From assembly GCA_964355145.1 (NCBI GenBank), contig CAYHDA010000001.1:19632-72159 (forward strand): a DNA stretch of 52,528 nucleotides. Direction: 5' to 3'. The position numbers and the translations under genes were made by a program. The DNA is from an uncultured Mariniphaga sp. GTDB taxonomy: Bacteria > Bacteroidota > Bacteroidia > Bacteroidales > Prolixibacteraceae. Below the pieces are notes generated by a model. That model saw only the letters and a program-made list of their open reading frames with translations. It searched no databases and was not told where the DNA came from. Shown here one piece after another: positions 45,404 to 52,528 of the stretch; the first letter of the stretch is position 1; each line of letters opens with the position of its first letter.

Positions 45404-46600
45404 ATGAAAACACAACGACTTTCCATTGGCACACTTCTTATCCTGATCTTTTTTAGCACCTCAATTCAAATAAATGCCCAAACACCAAAAGTCCCGGGCA
45501 TTGTGGTGAATTATGTTCCTGCCTCGACGAAAACTTTCATTGGTTCTCCGAGTATCTGCATCCTTCCGAATGGCGATTATGTGGCATCGAATGATTTTTT
45601 CGGGCCAGCCTCAACAGAACATTCTGAGGCGTTAACTGCTGTTTATAAGTCCTCAAACCGAGGGAAGTCATGGAGGAAAATATCGGAAATACATGGGCAA
45701 TTCTGGTCAAATCTATTTGTGCATAACGAAGTCCTTTACATTATGGGAACCTGGAAGCATCATGGCAATTTGATCATCCGCCGTTCTGTGGATGGCGGAA
45801 TTACCTGGAGTGAGCCATCCGGCACAGCGAATGGGTTGTTGCGTGAGGGCGAATATCATACTGCTCCAATGCCTGTGGTGATTCACAAAGGGCGAATCTG
45901 GCGGGCCGTTGAAAATGCAAAATCAGTAAGTCAGAAATGGGGGTTACGATATAGCGCGATGGTTATTTCTGCACCATTAGAAGCCAACCTGCTAAATGCC
46001 GCAAGCTGGACAACCACCAATTTTTTAATGCATAATCCGGCATATCTTGATGGTAAATTCGGTGGATGGATTGAAGGAAATGCCGTCGTCACTCCTGAAG
46101 GGAAGCTGGTGGATTTTCTTCGGGTGGCAACTTCGGAAAAAGGACGTGAATTGGCTGCGGTCGTAAATATCAGTGAAGATGGATTGACTGCATCTTTTGA
46201 TCCGGCTAGCGGATTCCTCGATTTCGTAGGAGGTTCCAGAAAGTTTTCTATTCGATACGATCAGAAATCTAATCGTTACTGGACAATCAGCAATATGATT
46301 ACCCCGGAATTCGCCGGAATGGATGCCGGATCGGTCCGAAATACATTGGTGATCAAGAGTTCAGCAGACCTTAAAAGCTGGACTGTTCATCAAGTCCTCC
46401 TGCACCATCCCGATGTTTTAAAACATGGCTTTCAGTATATCGACTGGCAATTCGATGGTAAGGATATCATCTTCTTATCACGTACAGCCTGGGATGATGA
46501 ATTCGGAGGCGCAGATAACTTTCATAATGCCAATTACCTGACGTTCCATAGGATCAGTAAATTCAGAAAGCTTCAAAAAGAATACCTGTCAAATCGTTAA
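45404..46600 (+). CDS. Secreted BNR/Asp-box six-bladed beta-propeller protein (sialidase-superfamily-like glycosidase; specificity unknown)
   Basis: Signal peptide ending INAQTP. One canonical Asp-box (SVDGGITW) plus degenerate ones (SSNRGKSW, SADLKSW). I could not find a FRIP-type motif, so I do not call it a sialidase. Confidence 0.6.
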   Translation: MKTQRLSIGTLLILIFFSTSIQINAQTPKVPGIVVNYVPASTKTFIGSPSICILPNGDYVASNDFFGPASTEHSEALTAVYKSSNRGKSWRKISEIHGQFWSNLFVHNEVLYIMGTWKHHGNLIIRRSVDGGITWSEPSGTANGLLREGEYHTAPMPVVIHKGRIWRAVENAKSVSQKWGLRYSAMVISAPLEANLLNAASWTTTNFLMHNPAYLDGKFGGWIEGNAVVTPEGKLVDFLRVATSEKGRELAAVVNISEDGLTASFDPASGFLDFVGGSRKFSIRYDQKSNRYWTISNMITPEFAGMDAGSVRNTLVIKSSADLKSWTVHQVLLHHPDVLKHGFQYIDWQFDGKDIIFLSRTAWDDEFGGADNFHNANYLTFHRISKFRKLQKEYLSNR

Positions 46601-46608
46601 TCTCAGGG

Positions 46609-48969
46609 ATGAAACAAATCCTCAGAATGTTGAAGTATTTAATGGTTGGCATACTCTCGCTGATGGTTATTGCGGGATCTTTGCTTCTGGCTGTCTACAT
46701 CAGATATCAGCGTACAGTTGGTGTTAAGCAAGGTCAGTTGCAGGTAACAGCCAAACCCGGCGAGTTAGGTCAATGGGTTAATCCTTTCATTGGAACAGGC
46801 GGTTTCCCCACTTATACCAGTGCGGATGATATTCCGGGAGTTACACTGCCCTTTGGAATGGTTCGGTTAAGTCCTGATACAGAGTTTTTTCTGGGTTCTT
46901 TATTTGGAAAGGAAAAAACTGTGAGCACTGCCGGTTACTATTATGGCGATCATAAGATTATGGGTTTCAGTCATACCCGAATGATCGGTACAGGAGCCTA
47001 TGATGGCGGACATTTCAGGGTTCTGCCCGTCATTGGCAATAGTGGTCAAAAAGATTATCTGGCTGAACGGTACAATCTATTTTCCCACAGGGATGAGGTC
47101 GCTTTCCCCGGTTTTTATGCTGTGAGGTTCCAAAAACAAGGCGTACTCGCAGAGCTGACAGCAGGCGAACACACCGGATTTCACCGGTACACCTTTTCAA
47201 AAGAGGAGATGCCTCATATCCTGATTGATGTTTCCAGTGCACTGGGACATGGCAAAACAACAGAGGGAGAGGTTCATGTTATTCGTGATAAACAAGAAGT
47301 TGTTGGTGCGATAAAAACTTTTGGCTCATTCGCGGGACGCTATGGGGGTGAGAAAATTTATTTTGCAGCTCATTTCAACCAGCCTTTTGCAGGTTATACA
47401 TTATGGTCTGATAAAATTTCTTATCAGAATAAATCTGATGCTCAGGGAGATAAATTAGGTGCTGATTTATCTTTTAATAAATTGGGCACCGAACAAGTTG
47501 TAGAACTTAAACTGGGAATCTCGTACGTAAGTGTCGAAAATGCCAGAGCCAATCTGGAAGCCGAGGCAGGTGATGCAAGTTTTGATGAGATCGTAGCCAA
47601 AGCCAGACAGGCATGGGAAGATAAACTTGGCACGATAAAAATAGAGGGTGGCAGCGATGATCAGAAACATATCTTCTATACTGCCCTTTATCATTCGCTT
47701 CAGATGCCCACCCTTTTTAATGATGTCAATGGCGAATATATGGGTTTTGACAAAAAAGTGCATAAAACGACCGATTTTCGTTATTTTACCGATCTGTCAC
47801 TATGGGATACCTTCCGTACAATACATCCGCTATATACATTAATCACTCCCAAAGACCAGCGCGATATGATGGTTTCTTTGGTGAAGATGTGCGAGCAAGG
47901 CGGCGTCCTTCCGCGTTGGCCCTCGGGATATGGCTATACCGGTTCTATGCTTGGCGCTTCGGCTGATATTGTTATCACAGAATCGTATCTTAAAGGGATT
48001 CATAATTTCGATGTTGAAACGGCCTATCAGGCAATGCGTAAAGCTGCATTGGGCATCGATATTCCGAAAGAAGGGTTTAAGCCAAGAGGTGGTATGACCG
48101 AATGTCTGAAATATGGATATTGCCCTGATGATCTGATGGATAAATCAATCAGCAAAACCCTGGAATACGCCTATGCCGACGATGCCATTTCTAAACTGGC
48201 AAATGCGCTGGGTCATAATGAAGATGCCGGGCTATTTAAAGAACATTCGGCATTTTATCGCAATATCTGGAATCCGGAAACCCAATATTTTCACCCCCGA
48301 AACGCCTCTGGTGAGTTTGTGAAGAAATTTAAACCGCTAATGTTAACTTATACGGATTACGGACACGAATACACGAACGCTTATGTCGAAGGGAGTGCCT
48401 TGCAATGGCGGTGGGCGTTGTTCTTTGATCCGGAAGGGTTGATTTCACTTTTTAAAACGAAAGAATATTTTGTAAGTGAACTTAACGATTTTTTTGCACT
48501 CTCAGATCCCAAGCGGGGTCCCTGGCATCCAGGATCGTATTACTGGCATGGCAATGAGCCCGATCTTCATGCGGCTTATCTTTTCAATTCCGCTGGCCGA
48601 CCGGATCTGACACAGAAATGGGTTCGCTGGATTCTGGATAATAAATACGGCCCAGGATATGAAGGGATTGATGGCGACGATGATGCCGGAACGCTTTCAT
48701 CATGGTACATCTGGAGTTCACTTGGATTATATCCCGTAGCCGGATCAGATGTTTACCAGATTGGTGCACCACTTTTCAGGAAAGCAGTGGTGAACATTGG
48801 TGATAAAATGCTTACCATTGTGGCCGATAATTATGCCTCTCAGAATAAATATGTCCGAAAGGTGTGGTTGAATGATGTGCTGCTTGATCGTTTTTGGTTT
48901 AAACATCAGGAAATTGCACAAGGAGGTGTTTTACGTTTTGAGATGAGCGAAACACTAGTAATTCAATGA
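46609..48969 (+). CDS. Glycoside hydrolase family 92 alpha-mannosidase with N-terminal membrane anchor and no PA14 tail
   Basis: 786 aa. A single N-terminal TM helix (LMVGILSLMVIAGSLLLAVYI). GH92 blocks VNPFIGTGG, GFSHTRMIGTG, LSLWDTFRTIHPLY, YWHGNEPDLHAAYLFNSAG and GDDDAGTLSSWY. Confidence 0.9.
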   Translation: MKQILRMLKYLMVGILSLMVIAGSLLLAVYIRYQRTVGVKQGQLQVTAKPGELGQWVNPFIGTGGFPTYTSADDIPGVTLPFGMVRLSPDTEFFLGSLFGKEKTVSTAGYYYGDHKIMGFSHTRMIGTGAYDGGHFRVLPVIGNSGQKDYLAERYNLFSHRDEVAFPGFYAVRFQKQGVLAELTAGEHTGFHRYTFSKEEMPHILIDVSSALGHGKTTEGEVHVIRDKQEVVGAIKTFGSFAGRYGGEKIYFAAHFNQPFAGYTLWSDKISYQNKSDAQGDKLGADLSFNKLGTEQVVELKLGISYVSVENARANLEAEAGDASFDEIVAKARQAWEDKLGTIKIEGGSDDQKHIFYTALYHSLQMPTLFNDVNGEYMGFDKKVHKTTDFRYFTDLSLWDTFRTIHPLYTLITPKDQRDMMVSLVKMCEQGGVLPRWPSGYGYTGSMLGASADIVITESYLKGIHNFDVETAYQAMRKAALGIDIPKEGFKPRGGMTECLKYGYCPDDLMDKSISKTLEYAYADDAISKLANALGHNEDAGLFKEHSAFYRNIWNPETQYFHPRNASGEFVKKFKPLMLTYTDYGHEYTNAYVEGSALQWRWALFFDPEGLISLFKTKEYFVSELNDFFALSDPKRGPWHPGSYYWHGNEPDLHAAYLFNSAGRPDLTQKWVRWILDNKYGPGYEGIDGDDDAGTLSSWYIWSSLGLYPVAGSDVYQIGAPLFRKAVVNIGDKMLTIVADNYASQNKYVRKVWLNDVLLDRFWFKHQEIAQGGVLRFEMSETLVIQ

Positions 48970-49035
48970 ACCTTTGACCGCTTTTTTTGAGGATCCGAAT
49001 AAGGTACAATTGGTGCCGAATAAATTTATCAAGCT

Positions 49036-49130
49036 ATGAAACACCCATGATTGTACACTTCGCAAACACGAATGAAGATAACTCAGGCAGGCTATCAGGC
49101 AATTAATAAATAAATTATCTTCTGATGAAA
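49036..49130 (+). repeat. Copy 2 of the intergenic cassette. Mini-ORF MKHP* (49036-49050) overlaps by ATGA the 19-codon sORF MIVHFANTNEDNSGRLSGN* (49047-49106). The cassette tail CTGATGAAA supplies the start codon of the next gene.
   Basis: 84/95 identity to the reverse complement of 1142-1236, with no gaps. Start, frame and TAA stop of the sORF are conserved in three copies. Confidence 0.7.
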
Positions 49131-50180
49131 TTTTTTTCTCTTATTATAATACTTCCATTTTTTTTGCTTTCAACTGCACTTGGCAGAGAAACGGGTTTTA
49201 ATCCAAGCCAAGGGGAAGAAAATAACGGAATCAAGGATGCGAAAACCGCTAATCCTGAGCCTGATTATAGTAATCTTAAAAATTGGGCCGCCTCTCCATT
49301 CAAAGTCGATGCCAGTGACAGTATTCCCGATTTTTTGAAAGATGAGGTTAGGGATACGAGAGCCGATGTGTTCTTTATCCATCCGACATCCTTTTTCGGT
49401 GATGAAGAAAAAGCTGAATGGAATGCTGATGTCAATGATACGATAGTCAATAATATGACCGATTCAAGGTCGATATTATTTCAAACAACGGTTTTTAATG
49501 GCAGTTGCCGGGTTTTTGCTCCCCGATACCGACAGGGTAATATGAAGGCTTTTTATGTCTTTGGTACACCTAACGCCGTTCGCGCTTTCGATCTGGCATA
49601 CAGCGATGTACGTAAAGCTTTTCTGTATTTCCTTAGTCATTACAACAAAAAACGTCCAATTATAATTGCCTCACACAGCCAGGGTACGCTTCATGCCATT
49701 CGGTTATTACAGGAATTCTTTGACGGCACTCCACTGCAGAAACGATTGGTGTGTGCTTATATTGTTGGTTATCAGATTAAAAAAGACGCTTTTAAAAAAC
49801 TTCCGGTAGGTGAATCTGCAGACCAGACCGGATGTTTTGTGGGATGGCGCAGCTATTCAAAAGGCGAAATCCCCAAAGGTGCTGCGGCTGAAAAAGGAAA
49901 TTCAGTTTGCGTCAACCCGTTAACATGGACCACCTCTGAAATATGGGCCTCTCCGGATCTTCATCCGGGCATCATGAACGGCTTTAGAACCATCATCCCT
50001 CACTCTGCCGGTGCCGGCATTGAATCGGCATCTAAAATACTTTGGGTTGATGCGCCGGGTCTTAAAGATGATAAGGATCAAAAACCTAAGAACCTTCATA
50101 TTTACGATTACAATATTTTCTGGATGAATATCCGGCAAAATGTAAAACTACGTATAGACGCTTATTATGCAAAGCAATAA
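49125..50180 (+). CDS. DUF3089 family alpha/beta-hydrolase (lipase/esterase-like), secreted
   Basis: Signal peptide. The family-typical blocks are ADVFFIHPTSFFG and the nucleophile elbow ASHSQGTLH. Confidence 0.65.
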   Translation: MKFFSLIIILPFFLLSTALGRETGFNPSQGEENNGIKDAKTANPEPDYSNLKNWAASPFKVDASDSIPDFLKDEVRDTRADVFFIHPTSFFGDEEKAEWNADVNDTIVNNMTDSRSILFQTTVFNGSCRVFAPRYRQGNMKAFYVFGTPNAVRAFDLAYSDVRKAFLYFLSHYNKKRPIIIASHSQGTLHAIRLLQEFFDGTPLQKRLVCAYIVGYQIKKDAFKKLPVGESADQTGCFVGWRSYSKGEIPKGAAAEKGNSVCVNPLTWTTSEIWASPDLHPGIMNGFRTIIPHSAGAGIESASKILWVDAPGLKDDKDQKPKNLHIYDYNIFWMNIRQNVKLRIDAYYAKQ

Positions 50181-50275
50181 AGGCAGCGTTTTCTCCTGTT
50201 TGAATCAAAAATATCATTTTATTTGTGTAAATTAGGAATACAATAAGCTTATTAATCTTTACAAAAATATTTAAG

Positions 50276-50890
50276 ATGAAAAGAACATTTTTGATGCTCT
50301 CCTTCATTCTATTGATATGGGGGAATCTTTATTCGCAAATTATTGTAGACAAAGGTATCTATAAGGCGAATTTTAGTAATACCTATCGGCAATCTCTGTA
50401 TGTAAGTTACTATCTGTACAAAGGCGGAGGCAATTGCAGCCGGACCGGTTTAAATTTTAAGAACGACGATCCGCGACTTCTGTGTGCAACAGATGACGAT
50501 TATAAAGGGAGCAAATACGATAAAGGTCATTTGGCTAATGCCGAAGACTTTGCCTTTGATTGTGAAAAAGATGAGCTCACCTTCAGGTATTATAATTGCT
50601 TGCCGCAAACACCAAACCTTAACAGAGGCGTTTGGAAGGCGAACGAAACTGAAATCAGAAAATGGTCACAATCACAGAAGTTATATATCATCTGCGGTGG
50701 TTTTTTTGGAAATAAGAAAATTGGCAATATGGCAGTTCCTTCTTACTGCTGGAAAGTGGTGCAGTCAGTTCCAACAAAAAAAGTACTTTTTTGCGGGTGG
50801 TTTAGAAATACTCCAAACGCTTCTTTGGAGGAGATCAGTGTTCCGGAATTAGAAAAGAGAATTAAGTCAACCATCGTGCTGCTAAAATAG
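50276..50890 (+). CDS. Secreted DNA/RNA non-specific endonuclease (Endonuclease_NS, beta-beta-alpha-Me fold)
   Basis: Signal peptide. The catalytic DKGHLANAEDF corresponds to the DRGH motif, and the metal-ligand block is YYNCLPQTPNLNRGVW (N..PQ....N.G.W). Confidence 0.75.
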   Translation: MKRTFLMLSFILLIWGNLYSQIIVDKGIYKANFSNTYRQSLYVSYYLYKGGGNCSRTGLNFKNDDPRLLCATDDDYKGSKYDKGHLANAEDFAFDCEKDELTFRYYNCLPQTPNLNRGVWKANETEIRKWSQSQKLYIICGGFFGNKKIGNMAVPSYCWKVVQSVPTKKVLFCGWFRNTPNASLEEISVPELEKRIKSTIVLLK

Positions 50891-50955
50891 AACTTCATTT
50901 ATGATAAAAATTCTATTTTTACAACCATAAAATATTCCGCTCCATATTGCTGCCT

Positions 50956-52528
50956 ATGAAAACTTTCTGTCACAAGATTTTCTTTCTCCCTTTCATAATT
51001 GCTATTCTGGTTTCTATTCAACATAAAGCTATCGTTGCACAAGCCAGCCACCACTATATGCCAACAAAAATCGGTTGGCACGAGGCAGTTTATGACGACA
51101 ACAAAAAGGAACCAAAGTTAGCACCATGGACCACCTGGAATGATGCACTTGAGAGGGAGATGAACTGGTACCTAAAGGCTCCGGTAAACGAGCATGGTTA
51201 TCCTTCGTATGTTTACATCACCTTTATGGACGGGAATTATCGTTCGTACCGGAATGATTTTATCCCTGCTACCCAAAATGGTATGGGTATTATTTCGTAC
51301 CTGAAATATTGGGAATATAAAGGCAAAAGTGATGAGCGAGTGCTGGATGTTGCCAAAAAAATGGGTGATTATCTGGTAAAGGAAGCAAATACCGCCAATG
51401 AAGGTGTTTACCCGGGCTTTACCAGGTCTACTGGTTTAATAACTGATTTCCCACTCCGGCAAAGCGCACAGAACGATGCTGATTATGGCATAAATGTTAT
51501 TGAACCTGATAAAGGTGGCATCGCCGGTTTTGCTCTTCTTGAGTTATATAAAGCGACAAAGGATAAACGGTATCTCAATCAGGCAGTCCATAATGCACGA
51601 ATTTTGGCCAAAACCAAACGCGAAGGGGATGCGCTCCATTCTCCCTGGCCTTTTCGCGTAGATGCTGTAAGTGGTAAATATTGGGGTGAACGAAGCGGAA
51701 ATATGGTTTATATCCTGCGGCTGTTTGATTCACTGATAGCTATGGAATACCCGGAGTTTAAGACTTCGCGCGAAGAACTATGGCGATGGATTATTAATTT
51801 CCAGTTGAAAGCTCCGGATGACAAGGATAAATGTCTTTGGGTTCAGTTTTTTGAAGATCAACCAAAGGAAGATAACCGAAATGCCTGGGCTCCTTTGAAT
51901 ATGGCTCGCTATCTTATCGAAAAGAAAGAGGCACTCGACCCTCTGTGGAAAGAACATGCCGGGTTGTGCATCGATTTCGCGATCAGAAATTTTGGGATGG
52001 ATCGTCCGGGTGGTGTTCTTTGCGTGGGAGAGCAAGACACCGACAGGCGGGCCTGGGGAGGAATAAATTCTACTTTTGGCGCAGTGGCTGCTATGTTCTA
52101 CGCCGCAGGTGGCGGAGAAAAGTACCGCGAAACAGCATTTCGAAATTTATCGTGGATTACATATTTTATTCGTGAAGATGGAGTCGTCTGTGATCAAACC
52201 GGAGAATTTCACTGGCTAAGAGAGGGAGGATGGCAGGAAGATTGTCATACCGATGTCATTCATAATTTTATGGATGCTCTGAAAGCAGTTCCTGAATGGG
52301 CCTCTGCCAGCACACCCGATGGCAAAGTTCAGGCTGCGATACAGGAATATTTTCCCAAACCCCGCTTTGGCAATACTTATGTTATTGCTCACCGGGGTGC
52401 TCATATAGGTATTCCCGAAAATTCACTGGCAGCAATTCAAAAAGCAATTGACCTGGGATGCGACTTTGTTGAGATTGATACCAGAGCGACCAAAGACGGA
52501 AGAATCGTCAGTGTGCATAACGCTTCCA
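50956..52528 (+). CDS. 5'-partial view of a fusion protein that runs off the right edge: signal peptide, a roughly 460-aa helical (possibly alpha/alpha-barrel-like) domain, then a glycerophosphodiester phosphodiesterase (GDPD) domain
   Basis: This ORF is not in the supplied track because it has no stop in the window. My own translation from ATG 50956 is open to 52528 (MKTFCHKIFFLPFIIAILVS...). From about nt 52378 it reads YVIAHRGAHIGIPENSLAAIQKAIDLGCDFVEIDTRATKDGRIVSVHN, the classic GDPD HRG...PEN...E.D...TKDG...HD pattern. Confidence 0.7.
   Translation, partial: MKTFCHKIFFLPFIIAILVSIQHKAIVAQASHHYMPTKIGWHEAVYDDNKKEPKLAPWTTWNDALEREMNWYLKAPVNEHGYPSYVYITFMDGNYRSYRNDFIPATQNGMGIISYLKYWEYKGKSDERVLDVAKKMGDYLVKEANTANEGVYPGFTRSTGLITDFPLRQSAQNDADYGINVIEPDKGGIAGFALLELYKATKDKRYLNQAVHNARILAKTKREGDALHSPWPFRVDAVSGKYWGERSGNMVYILRLFDSLIAMEYPEFKTSREELWRWIINFQLKAPDDKDKCLWVQFFEDQPKEDNRNAWAPLNMARYLIEKKEALDPLWKEHAGLCIDFAIRNFGMDRPGGVLCVGEQDTDRRAWGGINSTFGAVAAMFYAAGGGEKYRETAFRNLSWITYFIREDGVVCDQTGEFHWLREGGWQEDCHTDVIHNFMDALKAVPEWASASTPDGKVQAAIQEYFPKPRFGNTYVIAHRGAHIGIPENSLAAIQKAIDLGCDFVEIDTRATKDGRIVSVHNAS

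Noticed and set aside
45404-46600. Calling the BNR propeller a bona fide GH33 sialidase.
   Set aside because: There is only one canonical Asp-box, and I could not locate the FRIP arginine motif. The propeller fold is shared by several non-sialidase families, so specificity is left open.
1-52528. Search for RNA genes, CRISPR arrays, prophage/transposon/integrase genes, toxin-antitoxin pairs or defence systems.
   Set aside because: No spacer-repeat arrays and no tRNA- or rRNA-like GC-rich structured segments appear in any spacer. The longest spacers are AT-rich and 150-290 nt long. No recombinase, transposase or phage-like ORFs were seen. The secreted Endonuclease_NS gene looks like a nutritional or extracellular nuclease rather than a defence module.

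Overview
This is a Bacteroidota-type chromosomal segment. It is AT-rich, encodes many lipoproteins and the gliding lipoprotein GldB, and has TTTG / TAnnTTTG-style promoter boxes. The left 4.6 kb is housekeeping: the tail of a DUF1080-like gene, gldB, a PorT-like outer-membrane barrel, glutamine-dependent nadE and a Crp/Fnr regulator. From about 4.7 kb to 49 kb there is an almost uninterrupted plus-strand array of glycan-degrading enzymes. The secreted or lipoprotein members are two CsxA-like GH2 enzymes, three GH3 (two tandem paralogs, one with an inserted PA14), one GH78, three GH92, a BNR propeller, a large beta-helix protein and esterases. Interleaved with them are cytoplasmic and membrane functions: a ROK kinase, a FucP/NagP-type MFS transporter, a DegT-type aminotransferase, two Gfo/Idh/MocA oxidoreductases, an unclassifiable 12-TM protein, an MBL hydrolase, a membrane-embedded PHP phosphoesterase, a CPBP protease, a DUF218 protein and a PuuP-like permease. 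The right edge holds a DUF3089 hydrolase, a secreted beta-beta-alpha-Me nuclease and a truncated GDPD fusion protein. I saw no SusC/SusD pair, rRNA, tRNA, CRISPR array, transposase or integrase. The most unusual signal is non-genic. A 60-95 nt intergenic cassette occurs four times, always in the same orientation and immediately 5' of a gene for an exported protein. It consists of a 4-codon mini-ORF whose stop overlaps (ATGA/GTGA) the start of a 19-codon sORF (M-I/T-L/V-H/R-F-A-N-x-N-E...). In two copies it is chained to the stop codon of the upstream gene. Other points worth a second look are the inosose-aminotransferase-like DegT plus Gfo/Idh/MocA pair inside the GH2/kinase/transporter operon, a GH2 paralog that appears to have lost the putative nucleophile Glu, and a shared C-terminal Fn3-like+PA14 module on three unrelated catalytic scaffolds. 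All family calls come from motif recognition by eye, with no database search.
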